A DNA stretch of 64,000 bases, from contig NC_087451.1 of the NCBI RefSeq assembly GCF_036321535.1, positions 15,376,001 to 15,440,000 of the forward strand, given 5' to 3'. The translations under genes were made by a program, and so were the position numbers. This DNA is from Camelus dromedarius. Lineage: Eukaryota. The notes beneath the pieces were generated by a model. The model saw only the letters and a program-made list of their open reading frames with translations. It was not told the origin of the DNA and ran no database searches. Below, piece after piece: positions 42,310 to 62,410 of the stretch. Each line of letters begins with the position of its first letter. Positions within the stretch are counted from its first letter, which is position 1.

Positions 42310-44370
42310 GTAAAAAAATTCCCCATCAGTGCAGATGCATGAAAACCACAGAGAGACCAAAGCTGATGCAAAACTCTAATGCACTTTTAGCCTGCTCACT
42401 TTATAGCACTTTAAGTTCTATACATGTCTGCTGACTTGGAGTTGTAAACTTTGAAACTCTCAGCATAGGTCCATGACAGTCTCTGAGTTTGGGATGTTGA
42501 ACTCATTTGTTTTTTACAGATGTGTGTTTGCAGTTTTTACTAGTCTGAAATTAGAAGCATCTCTACACTTCATGACTAATAGTTGTTAGCCTCATTTTGA
42601 GTGAGGACTTCTGGTCACCACATATTGTAAGGTACTGCTTATAATATTGGTTTCAAGGGCTTCTTTTAGTGTTTCAGATAGACCGAGACCAGCCTCTGGG
42701 GGGCATATGGAGAATGTATATAACAGCCTTAGGTTTTTTGCCTGGTATGTGAGTGTTTTTAAAAAGAATATATATTTATAGGTAGATTTTTAAAATTTGG
42801 TGCTTTTCTATAGAATACATTTATTTTAAATATATAGAAAGCTTGAGATGCCTCATATAGGGTGGCAACTCTATTTATGTGTGGGATGTTTCATTGAGAG
42901 ATTATTTTCAGTCCCCTTCTTTTGTGAGCTGTGCTGTGAACTACAAACCGTGCATGTGTATGAAAGGTTAAGAGCCCGGGTAGCTGGGTGGGGTGCCGTG
43001 CTGTTAGCAGACGACGAAGGCAGTGTTCCACACCGGGTGCACGCCGTCAGCTCTGTAGAAGATGCCATCTTCATGGAGTCAGCTCATGGTCCACTTTTTC
43101 TTGAAGCCAGGTAACAGTTCCCACAACCAGTGGGTTCGCCTTGTTGGAGTTTTTCCAACTAGAAAAACTAAAAACCTAAGTTCTTTTCTTCCCTAACTTT
43201 TTTTTTTTTAATGAAACATTGCCTGTTGGAAGAACTAACTTGCAAGGTAGAATGAACCTGTGTTATCACTTTGCTTTGTAAAATAATAATTATATAAGAA
43301 GTGACTTTTGTGTTTTTTTGGCTAGAAACTGGGGAGGATAAGAAATTAGAGTGAGTGCTGTGTGCCGTTTCACTATGGTGATAAGCATGGAGCACTCTGC
43401 TTATTTCTTAGGGGGGTACTGAGTGCCCCTTTTATGATAACTAATCTGATTGTCCACTCTGACTATTACTGAGACAAAGTAGTTTTGTACAGTTTATATT
43501 CCTGTACAGTTTATACTCTTTTGCATATGTCAGTGTCTTGGCCTTTTAATGATGCCTGACTCTTGCTTCAAATCTGTTTAATATAGTTGTAAGATAAACT
43601 AGACAGTCTCTCTAAGCTCTTAATTCTGCAAGTTTTCTACATCGCCTCAATTGTGCTCACTTAAGTAAAATGTCAGTGACACTTGAATAAAATGTTCCAA
43701 CCTTTGCTTTAAAGCTTTATCCTCTTCGTGATAAGCTGTCATACTTGGTACCCTTGAGGGTGCTTAGCAGAGTTATTAACTGCACATGCTCACAAACTCA
43801 GCTTGTGGTTCAGGCTGTCCCTGTTCTTGTCATGCATAGTATGGCTTCTTTTATGTCATTAACTTTTGGTCCATCGTGTTACATTATGTCCTTTAGTTGG
43901 TACCATCATCACTGCCTGTCTGACTAATACCAGGGTTTGTTTTGGTTTGGTTTGTTTGTTTTTTTCTTCTTCTTTCTTTAATCAGCAATAACCAAATTAA
44001 ATGCGAACTGGTAAACCTTCCCCAGTCCCCCTCTGGGATTTTTTGGGTAAATTTTTATGGGGCTGAATGTTTCCAAAGTTGATTTTAAGCAATGCTCTTA
44101 GAAAAGTATTGGCAGTTGTCACTTAACTGCTTACAAGATAGCTTTTGGTTTGTTCCCGGGGGCAGAAGTTGCACATCAAGTTCCATGAGATTGACTCTCA
44201 AAATTGTGAAGTCTCAGTCTTACCTCTCATTTTGAAAGACCATGGTGGCATTAAAAAGTGGCAGGTTGATTTGTCTAAGTTCTCCATTTTCCATGCGAAG
44301 AAAATGTCTAACATTTTACATGTTGCTTCCTCCCAAATGTAACAAATTGTAAAGACATTTGTCTTTATTA
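42310..44370 (+). other. Unidentified AT/U-rich, repeat-free block resembling a terminal exon / 3'UTR from another locus
   Basis: Strong acceptor tttgttttttacag at 42506-42519, U-rich tracts, AATAAA at 43686-43691 followed by GT-rich sequence; no long ORF. Confidence 0.4.
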
Positions 44371-44389
44371 ATGTCTATAGTATGCCTTT

Positions 44390-44960
44390 AAAAAATTTTT
44401 TTAATAGACTTTATTCTTTTAGAGCAGTTCACAACAGGATTGAGCAGAAAATACAGAGTTCACACATAGCCCTCCCCACCCACACATATATACTCCCCTT
44501 CCCTCAACCTCCCTCATCATGTGGCATATTTGGTTCAATCGATGAACCCACATGGGCACATTATTATCAACCAAAGTCCATAGTTTACATTAGGGTTCAC
44601 TCTTGATGTTGTGCATTCTATGGGCTTTGACAAATGTATAAGGACATGTAGCCACCACTATAGTATCATACAGAATAATTACATTGCCCTAGAAATCCCT
44701 TGTGCTCCATCTGTTCATTCCTCTCTTCCCCGCTCTCTCCAAACCCCTGGAAACTATGATCTTTTTATTGTTTCTGTAGCTGTGCCTTTTCCAGAATGTC
44801 GTTTGGTTGGAATCGTAGTTTGTAGCCTTTTCAGGCCGGCTTCTTTCATTTAGTAATATGTCTTTTAAGTTTCTTCTATGTCTTTCATGCTTGATAGATC
44901 TTTTTCTTTTTTTTTTTTTAACTGCACATATATTCTTTAATTTACATATATGTACTGTTC
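44390..44960 (-). mobile_element. L1MA/MB 3' end, antisense
   Basis: ttttttaatagactttattcttttagagcagtt...acattattatcaaccaaagtccatagtttacattagggttcactcttg. Confidence 0.8.
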
Positions 44961-45687
44961 ATTGCTTCTAAGAATGTTTAGAGCACTGAATTGCCCAGTA
45001 GCATGTGTCTGAGATTGGACCTTGTCGGTGGGACTCAAATTCTGGGAAAGGCTTCCAGGAGCTGGGGTTCTGGAGAGATGGTGGTCTCAGGGCCTGGTTG
45101 TCTGAGATCACTTGGGATCCTGCCCTGTCTGCAGGAAAGTGAGGTCCTGGAGTCTCTGAGGGAGCCTGGGGCCCCCAGAGAAACCTGTCTGACTGCTTCT
45201 CTGCCCCACCTGGTTTCCTGCCCAGCGCCTGGGGTGTAGCTGCCTCACCTCCGCAGCCTTCTCCAGGGGGCCCAGTGGATGGGGGTGGGTCTGTGAGACC
45301 CCAGAAGCTACTGGAGGCCCTGAGGGCCTTCTCCTGCTCTGGGGGTGGCGGGCAGGGGCAGCCAGAAAAGGGAGCCCAGGGCTGGGTTGGGGCATCTGTC
45401 CCTTTTCTGCCCCCCACCCCGGGTTCGCCCCACTCTGGGCTGGAGGTCAGAGATCCAAGCCCAGGACTCACACACAGGCATCCCATCCTGGGCAGTCCTT
45501 CCCTGGGATTGGTCCTTTCTGCCTCCCACCCCACCTCTTCCACAACCCACTGGGGCCCTTGGGGCTGTGGTGGCGTAGGGGGTGATGGACAGGGCAAGAG
45601 GAAAGAATGAAGATGGGGACTGGGCCAGGTGATGGGATGCTCCACCTGGGCCAGCTAATTTCCTGCCTCTCTTTTGTGTTCCCTCAG

Positions 45688-45891
45688 CCACCAATGACCT
45701 GATCGAGCAACCCATCAAGGTGACCGAGTGGCAACAGATGTACACCTATGACTTGGGCATCCACTCGGGGGCCAACACCTGCGTGCCCTCAGTCAGCAGC
45801 AAGGGCATCGTGGAGGAGGACAAGGCCTGTGGGCGCCAGTACACGCTCAAGAAGACCACCACCTGCACCCAGGCGGTGCCCCAGAGCCAAG
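45688..45891 (+). pseudogene. JUP: Junction plakoglobin exon 2 fragment with flanking intron sequence (genomic duplicate)
   Basis: LIEQPIKVTEWQQMYTYDLGIHSGANTCVPSVSSKGIVEEDKACGRQYTLKKTTTCTQAVPQSQG vs recalled JUP MEVMNLMEQPIKVTEWQQTYTYDSGIHSGANTCVPSVSSKG...; cag acceptor and gt donor kept, native start deleted. Confidence 0.95.
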
Positions 45892-46722
45892 GTCGGGGCT
45901 CCTGGGGACTCTTCTGTGGGAATATTCCAGCAGAAGTCCAGGCTGGGCCCTGGATGGAGTCAGCGTCAAAAGAGACAGACTTTAAGGGGCTCCCAGACTG
46001 AGCAGGGAGGCGCAGCTACTTCCAGGCGCCACCATCTGGGAGGGAGGCAGATTACACTTCCATGAATGTATTGTATGGAGAGGAGGCATAGACCCTCTCC
46101 TCCATGCGTGGAGTAAAGCAGGGGGAGTGATGGGTGACTGTGTTACAGAAGAGGAAGTCAAGGAAGGCCTCTCTGAGGAGGTGACACTGAGCAGTGCTGA
46201 ATGGAGTAAAGGACCTGGTCCCCCAAACATCTGGGGGAAGAGTATTCCAGGCAGAGGAAACAGCCTGTGTAAAGGCTTCATCCTACTCCATGGTAGAGAA
46301 ATCTCCCTTCTGCCCAGAATTTGTGCACATCTCTCTCACAGCACTCTCTCCTTTCATCTTGCTTTGTGGGCTTGTTAGGCACATATCTTCATTCTTATCC
46401 TATAGGTGCCTTGAAGGCAGCATCTGCATTTGGTCCAGCTCAGTGTCCCTCCCTGGGCTTTGCACAGTTTCTGGCACACACTAGGTGGTCGTTAAGGGCA
46501 GAAAGCATGGCTGGACAGATGGACGGATAGGCTGTTTTGCTGGTGGATGGATGAATGGACTGAAGGATGAGAGGAGAAGCTAATGGGTGTTTGTAGCCCG
46601 CAAGTCCCATCCAGACTCTCAGGCCTTGCTCCTTTCCTCTGATTCCTGGTTTCCCTTTCTCCTACATCTCCCTTCTCCCTCAGCTTAGTCCCCTCTAGAA
46701 ACCCCTTTCTCCCTGTTCTAAG

Positions 46723-49212
46723 GGCTGTGCCTGGCTTTTGTGGAAAGTGACTTCAACATAACAAAGGCAAATGAAAATACAGATGGCAGCTTTGACTATG
46801 GCATCTTCCAGATCAACAGCCATGACTGGTGCAGAAATTACCAGAGCCACACGGAAAACCCTTGTCACGTGGACTGTCAAGCTCTGGCCAGAGCCCCGGG
46901 ATGGGAGAGGTGAGAGAGGTGACAAGGCTCTATGCACAGGACTTCCCTTCCTACGCACAGCCTGGCAATGGCCCCTGGTGGGGTGGCTCAAGGAGTCAGG
47001 GAATCCCTTTACTGAGCAGAGGGTTTGACTAGTGTCCCTAATTGCGCATCCATAGCATTTGCCACAGTATTCCGCAGGCTCCAGATAGTCTCTGCACAGC
47101 CAGCTGCAGTAGAGCAGCAGCAGCAGCCAGCATTTTTCAAGAGTGGATTATGTCCTCAGCACTTTACATGCATAGCTCATCTCATCCAACCTGCCATGTA
47201 GTACAGACTAGTAAGATTCCCACTTTACAGATGAGCAAACTGAGGCTCATAGAACCAGTGCTGAATGCCAAACTGGTGGCCCTGAAAGCTCAGCTCTCAC
47301 CACCAAGTAGTCTAACCAAAGGCCAAGGATAAACTCCCCACTCAGAGTTGATCCAGGAGGCTCCACTGGTCCATTACTCTGTCCCTTATCTCCTCCTTTG
47401 TTCACCTGAAGAGCCTCCCTCCTAAGCATGACTTTACCTTGGTCTCTGTGCTTTCCCTAGAAACCTCCACACCTTGGGGTGAACCACCATCTACTCTGGC
47501 TAGGAAGTATGGTAGTAAACCAGCCCAAATCTCAGGCTTCCTGTCCCTCCTACCCCCACCCCCGGCCACCCCCCAACCTCCAGCAGCCATTGTATGGATG
47601 CCCCAGTGGGCCTCTAGGAGGGAGGCCCTGCCCCATCTGGAAGTACTCAGCCTCCGGGCGGCACACACCTGTGCGGGGAGAGCCAGTGACTGCCTCAGTC
47701 TTCGGGACTGTCCCCTGTGCTCTCATCAGTACTCTCCTTCTTCCTTTCAGGACTGCTGAGCCCCAACCTTCCCTCAATCATCAACTGTGCAAAAAAGCTT
47801 GTGTCTGGAGCAGGGGGCATGAAGAACTGGTGAGGAGGACCCTGTGGGACTAAGCTAGTGGGCAGGGTCTTAAGAAAGATGTGCTGACAGAGAAAGGGAC
47901 ACTAGGCCAGGCCTAGAAGTCTTCTACAGTCTAGAAAGATGTGGGCTAGTGGCAGGGCTTGGAACGCCGGGATCTGGCTCTTCCTCTGACTCTGTGTTAA
48001 ACCAAACTCTTTTGGTTGCAGTAACAGAACAGCCTGAGCTAGCTGAAGGAGATTTACTCTGAGAGGACAAGGGGTCTTACTGAGCTCACACAAGGGGTGC
48101 AGGTTGGGCCTCAGGAAGAGCATGGAAGCAGGGCTGGAAACTGTCAGCAAGCTTTCCTTGGCAGGTTTCTGCTTCTCTTGCTGTATTTGCTGTATGACTT
48201 CCTCTGCAGACCAGCTTTCTCTGCTCTACTGCCCACAGGACCATGTCTACCCTGAATCTATGGGCTAATGTTCCCAAGCAACCACACAGAGCCGGGCTAG
48301 GCTCAGTCCCAGTCCAAGTGCTTGAGGTAGAGAATCTGTTGGGTTCAGCTCAGATCCCGTGTCCCCTCTCGGTTCAGTCAGCCGTAGGCCTGGGAGCAGT
48401 GAAGCAATAAAAACCTGGCTGCCACAGGGCCCTCTCTCCATAACTGGCTGCAACATTTTCTAGAATAAGTGTGTTGTTCATCATCTGGGCAGACACCCCA
48501 GCTGTCGGTTTACCAGCGGTAGATGTTGGGATGGTTACTTAACTTCTCTGACCTTCAGACTAGATGTATAACTAATATTAGTGGCTGCCTCTATGGGAAA
48601 CTGGAAAACAGAAAGAGTTAAGTGCCTTGGATTCTCTAAAAACACAGGCAAAAGAAGGGACATTGATGATTATTATGGAAAGAAAGTCAATGGTTGCCTC
48701 TGGGTGTTTTGTTTGTTTGTTTTAGTAACTCTCAGGCCTGTAACACAGTCCTCTTCTCCTTCAGAGGGAGATAAGGATTTGAAAATGTGGAAGCAAATAA
48801 TAATAATAAATTTTTAAAAGCCTGTGGTTGGGGGTATAGAGCTCATGGTGGAGTGCATCCTTAGGATGCAGGAGGTCCTGTGTTCAATCCTCAGTACATC
48901 TATTAAAAAAGAAAAAAAAAAAGAAATATAGAAGCGAACTGAGTGGGGAAGAGGGCGAACAATATGGACAAGGGAATTTAAGGGAAGAATCAGAGGGGCC
49001 AGGGGAGGACAGATTAGACTGCTGGGAATGAAGGGGATGCTGGGCGTTGCTCTGCGTGGAAGCTTCACTAAGTTCTGGGTCATGTGGGCAGGGAAGCAGC
49101 TGGTCAGGTGGAAGCAAGAGCCAGTCTTCTTTCTCTCCACAGGGTAAAATGCAGGCTGCACTGTGCAGGCCGGCCACTCTCCTGCTGGAGGACAGGATGC
49201 CACGTGGGATGA
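46723..49212 (+). pseudogene. LYZL6: LYZL6 (sperm lysozyme-like 6), 5'-truncated copy: three coding exons, signal-peptide exon missing
   Basis: 46723-46881 LCLAFVESDFNITKANENTDGSFDYGIFQINSHDWCRNYQSHTENPCHVDCQ (donor CT, not GT); 47751-47829 LLSPNLPSIINCAKKLVSGAGGMKNW; 49143-49212 VKCRLHCAGRPLSCWRTGCHVG*; AATAAA at 49329-49334. Confidence 0.92.
48830..48923 (+). mobile_element. Older/degenerate copy of the tRNA-derived SINE
   Basis: gggggtatagagctcatggtggagtgcatccttaggatgcaggaggtcctgtgttcaatcctcagtacatc plus an A tail. Confidence 0.75.
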
Positions 49213-50984
49213 GGCAGGGGACAGGCCTGTGGTGGAGTCACTCCAGAATTCCTCTCCTCACTTCAGAATTCTTCATTTCTTCTTCCTCTTGCCTCCACTT
49301 CCTGTTATCTTCTTCCCTTCCATTTACAAATAAAACTGATCAGAGCCCCAGAAATCATTGGTGTTCTAGGACTTCCTCCTTGTTCCCATCCAGGCCCAGG
49401 CCCCTGGTTCCCTGACTGTCATTTGTAAACCAAGAAGACCCTAATGAAGAAGTTTCTGTATTTTTGGAATTATTAAGTCATTCCTTGTGCAAAGACTGTG
49501 TTAACTTATTCATTATTGATTCCACATGTATTTGCATACCTAATAGAGTAGGAGTGTGCTAGGGACTAGAAGGTAAAGCATAACTATTGTTCATGAGGCA
49601 TTCATAATCTAGCTGGGGAAGCAGAGACATACATGCATAATGGAGACAATGAATAGATATATACAATGAATACAGTAGTAATAAAATCTATAATTATTGG
49701 TTTGAAACAGTATCAGGATCTAAGTAATTCCTCCAAAGCCAACTATTTTTGAAGTAAAAGCTCAGAAGTAGGCCATGGGTGGGGCTAAGGGTCTGGTATG
49801 TTGAGGTGGAGAAGGGATGGGAGGGGAGAAATGGTGTCAGGTGCCAGGTTCCAGTGATTTGGGGGTACTTCGGGAGAATAGGCTAGAATCTAGATGATTA
49901 AAAAAGCTTCAGGATCTGCTTTGCTTGGAAGGTGCTGATGTGGATTAAAACCTGCTTAAGGACACTACAAAGACAGGAAAGGGACAGTTGGAGGAATGCC
50001 CTGCACAGAGCCACCATCAGTCCTGTCTGACTAAACTGGGGTTTTATCTTGAGCCACTTATAACCCTACTCTGAGCTTTAACTCCTTCAGCTATAAAATG
50101 AGTGATTTGACTACTCAATGATTCCCAGACTTTTGGATTTCACAGACCAGTAAAATGTAAAAGGAAAAAAAATTAAGACTGTGAAAGTTTCCAACTTTTT
50201 ATTTTAATGCCTAAGTATTAATCAAAACAGCTATCCTTTATTACTATCTTTTCACAAGATAATTTTTAGCATCAAATTGAAGGAAAGCCATACTTGTAGG
50301 ATAATACAAAGGAATAGATTTTGTTCTGTGGAAAAAATTAAACCTTGATTATATTGCTCTTTTCCCATTTTGCTGAGAACTGGTAAAAACTTCATCACAG
50401 CCCAGTATGGGTCTGAAGAGCATTGTTTGGAAACCTCAAGGGGTCTGTTTTATTTCCCCAGTAACATAGCCGACTTTTAGGATGCCTAGAGCAGCTTCTC
50501 GGGCACCAGAAGCTCCAGTGTTGGTGCCCTAATTGGACCAATTTCTTCCAAATTTATCTCTCCTCACCTTGCCTCCAACTTCCCACATCATCTGACCTCT
50601 ACCAGCTCACATACATAATTACCAAAATCACGAAGGAAAGTCAGGGAATTCTTTTTAAGGACTTCATGTTAGACAGTTGATAGCTTTAATGAGATATACC
50701 CTGATATATTTAAAACTCATGCAAACATTCTTAGGTCAAAGGATTTCATCTTTAGTGGTCACATTCCACAAAGAGTTGGGAAGTTTAAATTTTTAAAGTT
50801 CTGTGGGTAGCTAGTGGTAACTACCTAGTACTCTAGTCTTCTGTGGGAGTTTGAAAATGAAGCCAGCTGCTATAAAACATCGGCACCACTTGATCCTGTA
50901 AACTCACCCTTTGGACTGACTCTACCCTAAAAATACACTTGAATAGAAGCAGTAAATTCAAGGCTGTGGGGCTGCCTCAGGGAA

Positions 50985-51400
50985 ACTAAAGGCGGAGACC
51001 CGGCAGGAGTGGGAGGGGTGAAGGAGCGGTCAGAGCACCGCTGTCGCCCCACCTCCGCCAAGCTGGCCCAGCCCCTCTCACATCCGCCCCCCGGGTGGTG
51101 GGAGGCAAGCGGTGCTGTGCGCAGGCGCTACCGGCGGAGACCCGTCCCCACCGCGTGGGGCGTCCCGAAGGTTGGCGGGGCATGAGGCGACGGTCTCCAG
51201 CTTCCCCTCCTCCACCCAGCTGCGCCCGCTGAGGAGGCACGAGCCCCCGCCAGGCCCCCACACCCCAGCACCGCCGGACCATGTACTCAGCCCACAGGCC
51301 CCTGATGCCCCCGTCTGGCGCGGCCTCCCGTGGCCTGGGCATGTTCGGTCAGTAGTGCCTGGGCCCTGGGACTGCAGGGGTCAAGGGGTTGGGGCACTGA
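50985..51400. promoter_or_regulatory. Orphan CpG island with an NRF1-type motif
   Basis: CpG-dense block; TGCGCAGGCGC at 51117-51127; 12-bp direct repeat ggcggagacccg; no coding exon recognised. Confidence 0.65.
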
Positions 51401-51659
51401 GTGCGGAGTAATGGTGATGGGGCATGAGTAAGAGAATGGTGGAGGCAGAGTAAAGGGGAAAGTTACAGCGCTCCGCTGGGCCAAGTGGTTAGTGGTGGCA
51501 GGTGGGAGTGTAGCGGAGTGATGGGAGTGCAGAGTAGGGAGTGACTGGGGACAGCTGTGGTGTTTAGGTGTGGGGTGGAACAGGTCTGTTGCCATTGGAG
51601 GTGAGGGGTGCAAAGTAGCTGGCTTCATAGCATGAATTACAATAGGAGCAGGGTGAGAT

Positions 51660-52070
51660 TGTTGCAGAAAAGTGTGTGACAGCTCGGTGTTACAGCTCAG
51701 TTGTGACAGCAACCTGGATCCAGGCAGGAGACCGAGCAGCACTGGGAGAGTTGGAGAATTCAGATTTATTAAGCTAGCAGGTCCAGAGGAGTTAACACTC
51801 CAAGCTCTGGACCCCGTCTGTAGGTTTACACAGGCTTTCATAGGCTGCCAGTTTACATTTTGCAACATCGTATGCAAATAAGGTATAACAAAAGTTGATT
51901 AATTAGGAACAAGCTTTGTAGAAATGGACCAATCAGGAGGGAGAGAAATAACCAATCAGGAGTGAGCTCCATGCAAATGAAGTACTATAAATGGACCAGT
52001 CAGGAGTTAGCTCAGGGAACCAATAGAATTTTAGGGGTAAGTTCCAATTTCCTAGAAGTTAACCATTTCA
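51660..52070 (-). mobile_element. ERV solo LTR (U3 end uncertain)
   Basis: The minus strand ends ...cttttctgcaaca, with AATAAA (plus-strand tttatt at 51766-51771) and TATA-like tatgaaag upstream. U3 has two octamers and repeated ctcctgattgg boxes. Confidence 0.8.
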
Positions 52071-52200
52071 GAGGCAAAAAGTGAGATAAAGCCGCTGGGC
52101 CAGGGAACCTGATGGTGCTGGCAGGAGAGTAGTGTCCCTGCTTGGGGGTCCTGTAGGGTGTATTCCCTTCCTGCTGCCCTAACTCGTGCTCATTTTGTAG

Positions 52201-52300
52201 GTCAGCTACTTTTCTTGGAAGCAATGTGGCCAAGGGGAGGAAGAATGTCTCAGATTTCAGCTTTGAGGAGGAGGAGTTTAGATTGCCAGAACTGGACTAG
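52201..52300 (+). pseudogene. RDM1: RDM1 last exon remnant with a 2-nt frameshift
   Basis: VSYFSWKQCGQGEEECL/DFSFEEEEFRLPELD* vs recalled human ...WKQYGQEEEGYLSDFSLEEEEFRLPELD*. Branch point ctaac and ttttgtag acceptor intact; AATAAA at 52525-52530. Confidence 0.9.
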
Positions 52301-52561
52301 CACTTTTGCATTTCCCGGAAGGCCAGGCCCTGTGACTTCCTTGGGAAAGTCTGGAGAGTCTGGGGACATTCTGGTCTGCAGCCCAAATCCTGCCTTGTTG
52401 TGCTGGGGGCCAGGCCAGGGTTGGAGAGAGGGTCCGGTAGGAGGTAAGAGTCACCTTTGCTGGGGGAAGGATGGCTTGGGCCTTGGGAAAGAGCCTGACT
52501 GTGGTTGCATGTCCACCCTGACCTAATAAAGGTGGTGTCACTAAAGGTGTGTCATAAATAA

Positions 52562-61886
<9,325 letters not shown>

Positions 61887-62214
61887 GTAAGTTAATTAGT
61901 TAGTCATTTATTTATGAGTTCTTAGTTCTGTTATCTATAAAGTAGTTAAGGGGTTCAAGTTAGATAATCTCTACAATTTTTTCCAGCAATAAAATCCCAT
62001 CATTCTTTAAGTCTGTGTAGGGCCCCAGCCCATCTCTAGCATCAAATATCTCCTATTCATTTTTAATTTTTAAATTTGTATAGACAAAATATAGATAGAA
62101 AAACACCTTTAAGTTGTAGAGGAAAAGTGGTAATGAGGTCTGAGCAGTTACAGACACCCATATGAACCTTATTATGTAAGTGTTCATACACCATCATCCA
62201 CTTATATTTAGCTT

Positions 62215-62410
62215 ATGGCCCTTGGATCAAATCCAGCCTATGATTCATATTATACAGCACACAAGATAAGAATGATGTTTAAAGGGCTATAAGTGAAAAA
62301 AAAAAAGAGGAAAAAACAAAGGAAAACACACGACAGAGACTGTGTGTGGCCTGCACAGCCTCACGTACTCACTGTGTGGCCTTCACAGAAAAGGTGTGAA
62401 AAAGGTGGTT
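62215..62410. mobile_element. MER58-like DNA transposon fragment
   Basis: gacagagactgtgtgtggcctgcacagcct...ctgtgtggccttcacagaaaagg. Confidence 0.6.

Noticed and set aside
44968-45745. 225-aa and 145-aa minus-strand ORFs
   Set aside because: GC-rich JUP-intron-like sequence; no coding signature.
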